A DNA stretch of 62,331 nucleotides, from contig DGDP01000096.1 in the NCBI GenBank assembly GCA_002385485.1, forward strand, positions 569-62,899. Reading direction: 5' to 3'. A program made the translations under genes and the position numbers. Shown here one piece after another: positions 1 to 9,861 of this stretch (position 1 is its first letter; every line of letters starts with the position of its first letter). Origin of the DNA: Acetomicrobium sp. UBA3949. GTDB taxonomy: Bacteria; Synergistota; Synergistia; Synergistales; Acetomicrobiaceae. The notes beneath the pieces are model-generated. The model was given only the letters and a program-made list of their open reading frames with translations, did no database searches and was not told where the DNA came from.

Positions 1-97
1 ACTGAAAGGAGGGAAGCCTTGCAGTTCACAAAAAGGCGTAGTTTTAGGAGCTACCACAGCACAGCAGAAAATACAGGCCGACGCTCCAAAAGGGGAC

Positions 98-135
98 AAA
101 AAAAATTCCCGACAGGCCAAGAAGGCTGTCAGGAA
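98..135 (-). terminator. Intrinsic terminator-like hairpin downstream of the broken tRNA-Arg
   Basis: Minus strand TTCCTGACAGCC-TTCTT-GGCCTGTCGGGAA followed by T8. Confidence 0.5.
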
Positions 136-158
136 CTGGGTTTACGACACTTGCCATG

Positions 159-209
159 GCGACCTACGGCTTAGGAGGCCGTCGCTCTATCCTACTGAGC
201 TACAGGCCC
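159..209 (-). pseudogene. Truncated tRNA-Arg(CCU): 5' acceptor strand, D-arm, anticodon arm and variable loop only
   Basis: Minus strand GGGCCTG TA GCTC AGTAGGATA GAGC G ACGGC CT-CCT-AA GCCGT AGGTC GC, then no GTTCRA T-loop and no CAGGCCC acceptor 3' strand. Confidence 0.8.
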
Positions 210-449
210 GTCAAGGACGGAGTTAATATTATCATGAACAACGGTTGTGATTCAACTACCTTTTAGAGAAATTCCAAAAATTACGAGATGGTTAAGAGGT
301 AACTGAACACTTCTCACAATCTGTGAAATGATATTTCTTGTATTTATTACGTATCTATGTCGACCGCATTAAATATAACGGTCAAGCAAAACCAAGTTTA
401 TATACACGCTGATAATTTGCAAATATATTGCAACAGCATAATTAAGCCT

Positions 450-1430
450 TTATCTAGAAATTCTATTATAATTCGTAACCTTCAAGCGATACTCATAACT
501 TTTCCAGCATTCTTTTAGCGAAAACAACAGCCCCTCCCGCCTATAAAACCAAGGACGGCAAATTTCTCTTACCCTGTCGACATCATCTTTCATTTGAGCA
601 ACTAGCCCTTCTGCTGATTCAAACTTTTTTTCTTCTCTTATGTGGGCCAACAACAGAACAGCGATCATTTCACCGTAGAGATCTCCTTCGAATTGATCCA
701 AATGCACTTCTATCCTAATTTCATCTCCTCTTTCGAAAGTGGGATTACATCCTATGTTTAAAGCTCCACACCACCATCTATCATTAGCCAAGACCGCCGT
801 CGCATACACCCCTTTAGGGGGTAGCAGTTTAAGTTCTGATGCAAGTAAATTAGCCGTAGGAAATCCCAGTTTCCGCCCCCTGTGATCGCCTTCCGTAACT
901 GGTGCTATGATGAAATAGGGATATCCCAACATGGCTTCGGTTTGTTGTATATATCCTTTTTTCACGAGCTGCCTTACCAGGGAACTACTCACAACCGAAC
1001 CGTCAATTTTAAACGGCGGTATAGCCGCGAAAAACCAGTCTTTTTTTGTTAGGTAACTTTTCAAGAATTCGACGTCACCGGAGCGATTTTTACCGAATTT
1101 GAAGTTTTCACCCACTACTATTCCTCTTACTTTATATCGAGATCCTAACTCCTCGATGAAATCTTTTGGGTTTAAATCTTTCACGTTGCTGAAGGGGATT
1201 TTTATAAAATCCGGAATATTGAGGAAAGAAGCTATAAAATCCCTCTCCGAATCTGTAAAAAGGGGAACAAAACAGCCGTTTCCCAATACGATTTTGGGGT
1301 TTGGCACAAAGGTCATTACCCCCCAAGGCATATCCATTCTGTCCGATGCATCCCTGGCAACCTCAAACAAAGCCTGATGTCCCTTATGAAATCCGTCAAA
1401 TGAACCCAAGACCACTATCACAGACACCAC
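450..1430 (-). CDS. ribF: Bifunctional riboflavin kinase/FAD synthetase
   Basis: GSFDGFHKGH and GRKLGFPTAN motifs; follows truB. Confidence 0.95.
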   Translation of the reverse strand: MVSVIVVLGSFDGFHKGHQALFEVARDASDRMDMPWGVMTFVPNPKIVLGNGCFVPLFTDSERDFIASFLNIPDFIKIPFSNVKDLNPKDFIEELGSRYKVRGIVVGENFKFGKNRSGDVEFLKSYLTKKDWFFAAIPPFKIDGSVVSSSLVRQLVKKGYIQQTEAMLGYPYFIIAPVTEGDHRGRKLGFPTANLLASELKLLPPKGVYATAVLANDRWWCGALNIGCNPTFERGDEIRIEVHLDQFEGDLYGEMIAVLLLAHIREEKKFESAEGLVAQMKDDVDRVREICRPWFYRREGLLFSLKECWKSYEYRLKVTNYNRISR

Positions 1431-1451
1431 CCCGATCGCGTCTGGTAAAAA

Positions 1452-2366
1452 TTAAAGAACAATGTTAGTGTCCGGTTTAATTGCACAGCCACCATTGAGC
1501 CACCTGATATTACAAAACGATATTGTTCTATATCCTTTTACCACAAAGGCCTTTGAGGGTTCAATTATGCCCCACCATTTTATTCCCGGGATGTTTGTTA
1601 ACTCCTGTCCATTCAATAGCCTGTCTTCCTCGGTTTCATTCGCTTCGCAGGTACAAAAGTTTTTAAGCATTTCTTGAGGGGGGATTATCATTTCTTTTGC
1701 AGCTTCGTTCGAAAGTTGCTTAATAAAATCAAGACTAAGGGCATCCTGCAACTTAAAGGACCCTATTTCAGTGCGTTCCAAGAAGGCAACGTGGGCCAAA
1801 CTGGCTAATTTAGAACCTAAATCTCGAGCTAGGCTTCTAATATATGTACCCTTAGAACAAACAACTTCCATGATGAACTTACCCTCTTCCGTGATAGGGC
1901 TTATTCTTTTGATGCTCTGTATGAATACCGCCTTTGGCTGTAAGAGGACTTTTTTATTTGCGCGGACAAGCTCGTAGGCACGACTCCCTTTTACGGATAC
2001 AGCAGATACGTTAGGAGGAACCTGTAACCTGTGCCCTAAAAAACTCAGCAAAGTTGAGTCTATATCGCTTTCTTTGATATGCCGCCATTCGGCTGTGCCT
2101 ATGACCCTTCCGCTTGCATCGTCGGTGTCCGTCTGTTCTCCAAGTTTTATTGTAGTTATATACTTTTTGGGAAGCTCCATAACGTAAGATGAAGCACGAG
2201 TCATTTTACCTACGAGTAAAATGAGCAACCCGAAAGCGGGTACATCTAAAGTTCCGGCATGCCCCACTTTAGTCTTTCGCCCGACTTTTTCTTTAAGCAG
2301 GGCAACACATGCAGCACTGCTTATACCTTTAGGCTTATTTATCAAAAGAAAACCTGATTTACACAT
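1452..2366 (-). CDS. truB: tRNA pseudouridine(55) synthase
   Basis: KVGHAGTLD and CSKGTYIRSLARDLG motifs. Confidence 0.95.
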   Translation of the reverse strand: MCKSGFLLINKPKGISSAACVALLKEKVGRKTKVGHAGTLDVPAFGLLILLVGKMTRASSYVMELPKKYITTIKLGEQTDTDDASGRVIGTAEWRHIKESDIDSTLLSFLGHRLQVPPNVSAVSVKGSRAYELVRANKKVLLQPKAVFIQSIKRISPITEEGKFIMEVVCSKGTYIRSLARDLGSKLASLAHVAFLERTEIGSFKLQDALSLDFIKQLSNEAAKEMIIPPQEMLKNFCTCEANETEEDRLLNGQELTNIPGIKWWGIIEPSKAFVVKGYRTISFCNIRWLNGGCAIKPDTNIVL

Positions 2367-3351
2367 TTTTGACGTATTCCTCGATCGATTTCGACACTAC
2401 ATCCAAAGCTTTCTCTATGGGAAGGTATATCTTACAGGCTGCAGCCTGAGGATGACCTCCGCCATCCCATTTCTGTGCCAATTCTCTCACGGACACGCCG
2501 GTCACCGCTCTGAAACTAACCCTTACTTCGCCGTCTTCTCCTTCTGTCATCAGAGCGCTTATTATAGCTCCTTTGACATACAAAAGTTGATTCACTATAC
2601 CTTCTGAATCGTAAGGATCAGCATTGAGCTTTTCAAAATCTTCCTTTTTTAGCCAGCTGACAACCGCCTTTCCATCGGGCGTGGAAAAGGCTCGCATAAA
2701 AGCTAAACCCCAAAGCTTAAGCCCTTCGAGTCTTCTGCTGGCATATATATATCTAAATATTTGTTCGGGATTTATCCCGGAGCTCAAGACGTCCTGAGCA
2801 ATTAAGTGGGACTTAGGCGTAGTATTTGAATAGGTAAAATGACCCGTATCAGTAATTATTCCGGTGTAGATTCCAATACGGGCGTCCTTTGGAATAGGAA
2901 GCTTGCTATCATTAAGCAAGTCCCAAATGATTTCAGCTGTGGCCGATGAAGATGTATCTATATAATTGAGCCGACCGAACCTCTGATTATCCATGTGGTG
3001 GTCGATGTTTACAATTAAAGTAGAATCATAAAGATCAAGAATGCCCTGGACGGTCCTCTCGAGATTGCTGGTATCTAGCACTATTATTACTGTATCCGGC
3101 TCCCTTACGACATCGGGCACAAAATTCATAACTTGGTATTCCTCGACAAAGGGCAAATATCCATATGCTTTGGGCACAGGATGAGTACCTCCCCAAATGC
3201 ACCTTTTACCAAGAGCCATGCCCCAAGAATAGAAAGCACTGCCCGAACCGATAGCATCGCCATCGGGCCGCTCGTGAACAAAAATAGCCCATGTTCTTTT
3301 AGCCAATATAGCATTTAAAATCTCTTTTAAAGAATCCCCGTTATCCTTCAT
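2359..3351 (-). CDS. nrnA: DHH/DHHA1 family oligoribonuclease/pAp phosphatase (NrnA-like)
   Basis: HERPDGDAIGS, NIDHH, DTGHF and GGGHPQAA motifs; between rbfA and truB. Confidence 0.85.
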   Translation of the reverse strand: MKDNGDSLKEILNAILAKRTWAIFVHERPDGDAIGSGSAFYSWGMALGKRCIWGGTHPVPKAYGYLPFVEEYQVMNFVPDVVREPDTVIIVLDTSNLERTVQGILDLYDSTLIVNIDHHMDNQRFGRLNYIDTSSSATAEIIWDLLNDSKLPIPKDARIGIYTGIITDTGHFTYSNTTPKSHLIAQDVLSSGINPEQIFRYIYASRRLEGLKLWGLAFMRAFSTPDGKAVVSWLKKEDFEKLNADPYDSEGIVNQLLYVKGAIISALMTEGEDGEVRVSFRAVTGVSVRELAQKWDGGGHPQAAACKIYLPIEKALDVVSKSIEEYVKNV

Positions 3352-3727
3352 CGTCTGGCAACTTTTCGTCTCTCATCGGTTTTGAATGTTTGTGGGCTAT
3401 TTTATCGAGCAGCTCCTCAATTCTTTGAGCTCTGTCTTCGGTATCGTCCACGACAAAGACCAGCTTTGGCGCAAATCTGAGTCTCATTTGCCTACAAACA
3501 ATTCCGCTCAAAGCTCCTGCCAGGCTATTCAATGAATCTCCGATCTCCTTTAGATCGGATTTATCGATCGAGGTGAAGTATACTTTGGCAATGCTCAAAT
3601 CGTTTGTACATCTTACTTCTGTGATGACCGCCTTTTTCAACATTGGATCTTTGGCATTGTTCACTAAAAATTCGGATATCTCTCTCAACATCTCCTTGTT
3701 GACCCGTTCAATTCTCAATTTGTCCAT
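3341..3727 (-). CDS. rbfA: Ribosome-binding factor A
   Basis: RIERVN...DLSIAKVYF...LRFAPKLVF pattern and operon position; start placed at the internal ATG. Confidence 0.9.
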   Translation of the reverse strand: MDKLRIERVNKEMLREISEFLVNNAKDPMLKKAVITEVRCTNDLSIAKVYFTSIDKSDLKEIGDSLNSLAGALSGIVCRQMRLRFAPKLVFVVDDTEDRAQRIEELLDKIAHKHSKPMRDEKLPDDEG

Positions 3728-4037
3728 AACATTCAACCTCTCGATCGAAATTAATTATTTCGAAACCGTTTTTGGCTTCTGCCAAAAGGACGTGGCGTTC
3801 CACCGCATCGAGAAGAGACTCGGCCTCCTTAGCGGAAGCCGATGCCGAAACAACAGCTATATAGGCCAAATCCCATATATTATCCGGACCGAGATCGACA
3901 ACCGATACGTTTAACCTCTTTTTCAAAAGATCAATCAGAGATTTTACGACCTGACGTCTGTCCTTCAGGCTGCCGGCAGAGGGTATTTTTACGGTCATTA
4001 TTACAACGGCAATGAATAATTTTGGGATATCTCTCAT
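3708..4037 (-). CDS. DUF503 (YlxP) family protein
   Basis: SLKDRRQVVKSL...NVSV motif; between infB and rbfA. Confidence 0.8.
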   Translation of the reverse strand: MRDIPKLFIAVVIMTVKIPSAGSLKDRRQVVKSLIDLLKKRLNVSVVDLGPDNIWDLAYIAVVSASASAKEAESLLDAVERHVLLAEAKNGFEIINFDREVECYGQIEN

Positions 4038-6040
4038 GAAACATCACTTAGATGTCTTTTTTCCTCTAAAATCTCGAAGGCCTCTATGATGTCGCCTTCC
4101 TTTATGTCTTGAAATCCAGCGAGAGCTATTCCGCATTCGTATCCGGCGTTTACTTCCCTTACGTCGTCTTTAAACCGTTTGAGGCTGGATAGCGGTCCTT
4201 CCCATATGACAATGCCGTCCCTTATAATTCTTGCTTTGGCATTTCGTCTGATTGTTCCTTCTTTTACGTAACAACCGGCGACTTGTCCTGCTTTGGGAAC
4301 CTTGAATACTACCCTGACCTCCGCTTCTCCGAGGATGTGTTCCTTTAGTTTTGGAGCAAGCATCCCTTCAACTGCTGCTTTAACGTCGTCGATCACGTCA
4401 TATATGGTACGATAAAGTCGTATCTGGATGCCCTTTTGTTCGGCTAATTTTCTTGCATTTCCGTCAGGCCTTACGTTAAACCCGATGATGATCGCATCCG
4501 ATGCGTCGGCGAGCATAACATCGGACTCTGTAATCCTTCCAACGCCCTCATGAACGATCTCAATACCTACTTCTTCAACTGAAAGACGCAGCAAAGAGGA
4601 CTTTATAGCTTCCAAGGTTCCCTGCACATCAGATTTTAATATTATCCTTACTGTGGGCATTTCGCCTTTCTCCATCTGTTCAAAGAGCTCTTCTAATGAG
4701 GCTCTTTTTACAGCTTGCATTTCCTGCTGTCTTTTCTTTTCTAAATATTTATCGATGGCATCGCGCGCTTCCTTTTCGTCTTCAACCCTTACAAACCGTT
4801 CACCGGCTTGAGGAACATCGTTTAAGCCCAAAAGTTCAGCAGGTAAGCTTGGCGTGACCTCTTTTATGTTGCGCCCGAGATGATCTATCATCGCCCGAAC
4901 CCGTCCCCACGTGGTCTCAAAAAGCAGTATATCTCCTCTTTTTAGGGTCCCTTGTTGGACGATCACCGTCGCCACAGGACCTTTGCCTTTGTCTAATTGA
5001 GCTTCTATGACAACCCCCTCCGGATTTGCCTCGTAGTCAGCGACTAGTTCGTTCATTTCTGCAACGAGGAGTATCATTTCAAGAAGTTCGTCAACGTTGA
5101 GCCCCGTTTTTGCGGATATCTCAACCATGATGGTATCCCCGCCCCACTCTTCAGGGATAAGGCCGAGATCTGCAAGTTGCTGTTTTACCCTATCGGGCTT
5201 TGCGTTTGGTTTGTCAATCTTGTTTATAGCCACTACTATAGGCACATTTGCTGCCTTAGCATGATTTAATGCTTCAACGGTCTGTGGCATAACTCCATCA
5301 TCTGCAGCCACTATGAGTATTACTATGTCGGTAACTTGCGCCCCTCTGGCACGCATAGACGTAAATGCTTCATGTCCCGGGGTATCCAAAAAAACTATTT
5401 TTTTGCCGTTGTGTTCAACGACAGAAGCTCCTATGTGTTGTGTTATACCTCCTGCCTCTTTTGCGGTGACGTTGGTCTTTCTTATGTAGTCCAAAAGTGT
5501 CGTCTTGCCGTGATCCACATGACCCATAACCGTGACTATAGGGGGCCGTGGCAATAATTTTTTGGGAGGTTCCTGTTGTCTTTTTCTCTCAGATTGTACT
5601 ACCACTTCCTTCTTCTCTTCATCAGACACCTCTGCTTCAACAGGAACTATCGATAAAACCACATTAAATGCTTTGCCGATTGCCTTAGCTATTTCATCAT
5701 TCACTATCGCGCTAGCAGGAACCATGAAACCTGCCGTTATAAGCTCTTTTACCACCAAATTAACGGGCTTTCCCAAAATTTTTGCGACCCTTTCAATTGT
5801 AGAGCCTTCATCGATCCTTATAACTTCCTTTGCAGTTACAGTAGCTTCTTTTGAATCGCCATGTTTTGCTTCCTTGTCTTCCCGCAACGTTTCCTCAACT
5901 ATTTGTGCAATATCTGTATCTATGGAGCTCATATGGCTCTTTGCCTCCACCCCTAAGTCTTGTAAAATTTCTAGCAGATTTTTATTTTCGATGTTTAACA
6001 TCTTTGCCAATTCATATATCCTTATCTTTCTTTTTCCCAA
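4034..6040 (-). CDS. infB: Translation initiation factor IF-2
   Basis: [25 protein letters not shown] and NKID motifs. Confidence 0.98.
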   Translation of the reverse strand: MGKRKIRIYELAKMLNIENKNLLEILQDLGVEAKSHMSSIDTDIAQIVEETLREDKEAKHGDSKEATVTAKEVIRIDEGSTIERVAKILGKPVNLVVKELITAGFMVPASAIVNDEIAKAIGKAFNVVLSIVPVEAEVSDEEKKEVVVQSERKRQQEPPKKLLPRPPIVTVMGHVDHGKTTLLDYIRKTNVTAKEAGGITQHIGASVVEHNGKKIVFLDTPGHEAFTSMRARGAQVTDIVILIVAADDGVMPQTVEALNHAKAANVPIVVAINKIDKPNAKPDRVKQQLADLGLIPEEWGGDTIMVEISAKTGLNVDELLEMILLVAEMNELVADYEANPEGVVIEAQLDKGKGPVATVIVQQGTLKRGDILLFETTWGRVRAMIDHLGRNIKEVTPSLPAELLGLNDVPQAGERFVRVEDEKEARDAIDKYLEKKRQQEMQAVKRASLEELFEQMEKGEMPTVRIILKSDVQGTLEAIKSSLLRLSVEEVGIEIVHEGVGRITESDVMLADASDAIIIGFNVRPDGNARKLAEQKGIQIRLYRTIYDVIDDVKAAVEGMLAPKLKEHILGEAEVRVVFKVPKAGQVAGCYVKEGTIRRNAKARIIRDGIVIWEGPLSSLKRFKDDVREVNAGYECGIALAGFQDIKEGDIIEAFEILEEKRHLSDVS

Positions 6041-6061
6041 ATGCCATTCCCCCCTTGAAAA

Positions 6062-6340
6062 TCATTGGCCGGCATTTCCGGATTCGCCAAGCTTTTGCGA
6101 CAACTCCTCATAGATCTCCGCCGGAACTTTTGTCCTCAAAGCTTTGGACAGAATGTCCTTTTTCTTTGCCTGTTCAATGCAATTTTGATCGCTACAGACG
6201 TAGGCTCCCCTTCCCTGGCCCTTGCCGGTAGGATCGACATAAACGTGCCCTTCGGGGGATCGTACGACTCTAATGAGTTCTTTCTTTGGTTTTTCTGTTT
6301 TGCACGCCACACAGGTCCTAGGACGCCTTTTCGTCATCAT
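6062..6340 (-). CDS. rnpM: YlxR/RnpM family RNA-binding protein
   Basis: RTCVAC...GRGAYVC motif; ATG overlaps the nusA stop. Confidence 0.85.
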   Translation of the reverse strand: MMTKRRPRTCVACKTEKPKKELIRVVRSPEGHVYVDPTGKGQGRGAYVCSDQNCIEQAKKKDILSKALRTKVPAEIYEELSQKLGESGNAGQ

Positions 6341-7467
6341 TACTCTTTTTCCCATTCTTTGGGCAATTCCCCCTTAATTATATCCTCGAATAGATCTTGA
6401 AGTGTTGGAAGTCGGTCCGGTTCCATTACATTTATATCTATCTTCCATCCTGTAAGTTTGGCCGCCAGCCTAACGTTCTGCCCTCCCTTCCCGATGGCCA
6501 AGGATAACTGATCGGGCCTTACGTAAACGTTGACTGCCTTATCCTCATCGAGCCTCGGCTCTATTTTGACTACTTTTGCAGGCGAAAGTGCGTTTTTGAT
6601 ATATGCTATTGGGTCGTTACTCCAAATAATAACATCAATTCGCTCGCCCGCAAGTTCGTCGCTGATAGCTTTAATTCTATTTCCCTTAGTGCCAATACAG
6701 GCACCTACCGGATCGACGTTTGGGTCCAAGGTGGTCACGGCAACTTTGCTTCTTACCCCCGCTTTCCTTGCGATGTTTTTGATATCTATTACGCCTTCCT
6801 TTATCTCCGGGACTTCCAATTCAAGAAGGCTCTTCAAAAGCCCCGGATGAGATCTTGATAATACTATGCGAGGACCTTTGGAAGTTTTGCGCACATCCAA
6901 TACATAAAATTTCTTTCTGTCTCCCGGCCGATACGACTCCGTAGGAATTCGCTCCTCGCGCGGAAGCATGGCATCTATCTTATCTCCTATGCGCACTAAA
7001 GCCTGGCCGCCTTCGTCCCTGAAGACCACTCCGGTGACGATCTCTCCCACTTTTCCCGAAAAGTCGTTGTAAATGATCTGCCTTTCGGCATCTTTTAGCC
7101 TTTGAGTTATAACCTGCCTGGCCGTCTGAGCCGCAATCCTGCCAAAATCCCGGGGGGATACCTCTATTTTGATCATCTCCCCTTCTTTCGCATCGTCTAA
7201 TCCCATAGACTTAGCTTCTTCTACGGAAATTTCAAAGGCAGGATTTCTAACCGAATCTACTACCTCTTTTACTTCATAGATCTTTATAATTCCGTTATCC
7301 GAATCGAGTTCTACCTCGACATTTGAATTGGTCCCTTTATATTTTTTATATGCCGAAACCAGGGCTGCCTCTATGCTGGAAATTATTACTTCGAGAGGTA
7401 ATCCTTTTTCGGTTTCTATTTGTTTTAAAGCTCTCATGAAATCTCGTCCCAACTCCATCTCAACCAT
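6340..7467 (-). CDS. nusA: Transcription termination factor NusA
   Basis: FGRIAAQTARQ, DPVGACIG and LAIGKGGQNVRLA motifs. Confidence 0.97.
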   Translation of the reverse strand: MVEMELGRDFMRALKQIETEKGLPLEVIISSIEAALVSAYKKYKGTNSNVEVELDSDNGIIKIYEVKEVVDSVRNPAFEISVEEAKSMGLDDAKEGEMIKIEVSPRDFGRIAAQTARQVITQRLKDAERQIIYNDFSGKVGEIVTGVVFRDEGGQALVRIGDKIDAMLPREERIPTESYRPGDRKKFYVLDVRKTSKGPRIVLSRSHPGLLKSLLELEVPEIKEGVIDIKNIARKAGVRSKVAVTTLDPNVDPVGACIGTKGNRIKAISDELAGERIDVIIWSNDPIAYIKNALSPAKVVKIEPRLDEDKAVNVYVRPDQLSLAIGKGGQNVRLAAKLTGWKIDINVMEPDRLPTLQDLFEDIIKGELPKEWEKE

Positions 7468-7484
7468 CTCCCTCTTTAATACGA

Positions 7485-7970
7485 TTACTCGCCGTCATCA
7501 ATTTCTGGCACTAATCTTGCCTTTGATATGTTCTGAAAAGGAATTAATATTTCCGTTCCGTCATCCAGCCCTAATTTGATATCGTTATTACTTAATATTT
7601 CGATAATTTTTCCTTTAAAATTTCTGCGCGATCCAACGGGATCATGAGTTTTTATACGCACTGTTTTGCCAACGTAATTTTTGAAGTCTTTTATATAAAA
7701 TAGAGGGGCGTCCAGTCCGGGAGAACTTACTTCCAGATAGTACCTCCCCCCGAAGATTTCTTCTCTGGAATCCAAAAATTTATCGACTTTTCTCGACACG
7801 GTTTCGCAATCTTTAACGTTTATTCCTCCAGGTGTATTGATATAAATCCTTAAAATCATTCTTCCGTGTTCGTGGACCAATTCCATTCCCACAAAGTCAT
7901 ATCCCAATCCTTCTATTATTTCCCTTATTTCGTTTTCTATTGACATCAATTCGTCATTTTTACGTTGCAT
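7485..7970 (-). CDS. rimP: Ribosome maturation factor RimP
   Basis: YYLEVSSPG motif; GGAGG RBS supports the ATG at 7970. Confidence 0.92.
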   Translation of the reverse strand: MQRKNDELMSIENEIREIIEGLGYDFVGMELVHEHGRMILRIYINTPGGINVKDCETVSRKVDKFLDSREEIFGGRYYLEVSSPGLDAPLFYIKDFKNYVGKTVRIKTHDPVGSRRNFKGKIIEILSNNDIKLGLDDGTEILIPFQNISKARLVPEIDDGE

Positions 7971-8014
7971 TGCCCTTATTCCTCCAAAAGTCAATTAACG
8001 AGGCGTTTTTGCTT

Positions 8015-8047
8015 TAAAAAAAGAAGAGTGGGATTTGCCCACTCTCC
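8015..8047 (-). promoter_or_regulatory. rimP/nusA operon leader attenuator hairpin
   Basis: Minus strand GAGAGTGGG-CAAAT-CCCACTCTT followed by a U-tract, between the promoter and rimP; resembles the known rimP leader. Confidence 0.7.
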
Positions 8048-8080
8048 AAAAGATATGCCCCAAAGCCCGTTGTGTATTGA

Positions 8081-8109
8081 ATTTTATCATCGACAGAATT
8101 TATTTTCAA
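8081..8109 (-). promoter_or_regulatory. Sigma70-type promoter of the rimP-nusA-infB operon
   Basis: TTGAAA-17 nt (TGn)-TAAAAT on the minus strand. Confidence 0.6.
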
Positions 8110-8157
8110 GCACTACACGTAACACACAGGCTTTAAAAGGCTGCCATATAAGGATAA

Positions 8158-8436
8158 CTACTTGGCGACGGCGTCTTTCAGCATCTTCCCTGCTCTAAAA
8201 GCGGGAACTTTTTTCTCGGGGATCTCTATGATCTCCTCCGGATTTTGTGGGTTGCGGCCCTTTCTTGCAGCTCTATTGCGCACCTCGAAGGTACCAAAAC
8301 CCATGATTTGAACCTCTTCCCCCTTAGACAGGGCATCCACTACAGATTTGATAAAGGCATCGACTGCGACAGCTGCGTCTTTCTTGCTCATTCCCGTAGC
8401 TTTCGCCACTTCACTAACTATGTCGCTTTTTGTCAT
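8158..8436 (-). CDS. hup: DNA-binding protein HU
   Basis: GFGTFEVR...RKGRNP...PAFRAGK motif. Confidence 0.93.
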   Translation of the reverse strand: MTKSDIVSEVAKATGMSKKDAAVAVDAFIKSVVDALSKGEEVQIMGFGTFEVRNRAARKGRNPQNPEEIIEIPEKKVPAFRAGKMLKDAVAK

Positions 8437-8505
8437 TTCCTACACCCCCTTTGATTTATAAAAAATACATCTCGCCAATAATTATCAACGCTTTAATTGC
8501 TGTGG

Positions 8506-9837
8506 TCAAGCGAGTTTTCGCCTGTTTTTCCAAAAAACCCTGATTGGGACTCCTCTAAAATCGCCGACCTTTACAAGTTCGTTTATAACTTTTCGTTCAA
8601 ATGGTTTATCGACCAGGTTTTTATCGTTTACGAAAAAGAGAAAAGACGGCGGTGCCGTTCCAACTTGTGTCACGTAAAATATGTTTAAAAACCTCCCCTT
8701 TCCATCCGAAGGAAGCCTTTGGAAAGATATTATATCTCGAATTATATTATTTAAGTTTGAGGTGGAAATCCTGGTCTGCCAACGAGCGTAAACCTCTCCG
8801 CAGACATTAAAAATTTTAAAAAGATTTCTTTTTGATAGAGCTGATATAGTGACTATAGGGGCGTCATTTACAAAATACAGCTGATCTTTAACATCTTTTA
8901 TGATGTTATCTCCCAGTTTTGGTTGCCCCTCTGGCAACAGATCCCATTTATTGATCGCAACGGCAATCCCTTTGCCCTTTTCCAGGGCGATGCCGGCTAT
9001 ACGCTTATCCTGATCAGTGACTAGTTCCGTTACATCCAAAACGAGCAAAACTACATCGGATCTGTCGATTGCACGTTCCGCCCTAAGGAGAGAATAAAAC
9101 TCTATATCGTCTTTGAGCCTGCTTTTCTTTCGCAATCCTGCGGTATCGATGAGCAGATATTTTTTTCCTTCAAAAGTAATTTCCGTATCAATAGGGTCTC
9201 TTGTAGTTCCTGGTAAATTACTGACAATGGCTCTCTCTTCCCCGATCAGAGAATTGAAGATACTGGATTTTCCAACGTTAGGCCTTCCTACTATTGATAT
9301 TTTTATTGTTTCGCCGTCCTCTTGAAAAGAGTCTTCGCTTTCTATATACACAACAACTTTATCAAGCAAATCCTGTATGTTTCTGTTGTGTTCTGCGCTT
9401 ACTCCAACCACGTCCTCAAAACCCAAGGCGAAAGCTTCGTACAGGAGAGGTTCATGCATGGGTTCGTCTATCTTGTTGACGGCCACAATCACCCTGCGAT
9501 TACTTCGCCGAAGGATCTCGGCTATCCTGAAATCAAGGGGCAATATTCCCTCTCTACCATCGACAACAAATATGATGACGCTGGCTTCTTCTATAGCTCG
9601 GTCTATTTGCTTTCCCACCATATCAAAAAGCGGTTCATCTTCGTTAGGAAACCCTCCCGTATCTACAAGATAAAAACTCTTCCCTGCCCATTCTACTTGG
9701 GCGTAGAGCCTGTCCCTAGTTACACCGGGGATATCGTCAACTATCGCCATACGCTTCTGTATGAGCCTGTTAAAGAGTGTAGATTTGCCTACGTTAGCTC
9801 TTCCGATTATCGCAACTACATTGGCATTCCTGTCCAT
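8506..9837 (-). CDS. der: Ribosome biogenesis GTPase Der (EngA)
   Basis: Two tandem GTPase domains (GRANVGKS and GRPNVGKS). Confidence 0.96.
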   Translation of the reverse strand: MDRNANVVAIIGRANVGKSTLFNRLIQKRMAIVDDIPGVTRDRLYAQVEWAGKSFYLVDTGGFPNEDEPLFDMVGKQIDRAIEEASVIIFVVDGREGILPLDFRIAEILRRSNRRVIVAVNKIDEPMHEPLLYEAFALGFEDVVGVSAEHNRNIQDLLDKVVVYIESEDSFQEDGETIKISIVGRPNVGKSSIFNSLIGEERAIVSNLPGTTRDPIDTEITFEGKKYLLIDTAGLRKKSRLKDDIEFYSLLRAERAIDRSDVVLLVLDVTELVTDQDKRIAGIALEKGKGIAVAINKWDLLPEGQPKLGDNIIKDVKDQLYFVNDAPIVTISALSKRNLFKIFNVCGEVYARWQTRISTSNLNNIIRDIISFQRLPSDGKGRFLNIFYVTQVGTAPPSFLFFVNDKNLVDKPFERKVINELVKVGDFRGVPIRVFWKNRRKLA

Positions 9838-9861
9838 TTTTACTCACCGCTTTTGCCCTTA

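Noticed and set aside
1-209. Self-splicing intron in tRNA-Arg(CCU)
   Set aside because: The anticodon loop, the usual group I insertion site, is uninterrupted; no group II GUGCG 5' end or group I core is visible at the break.
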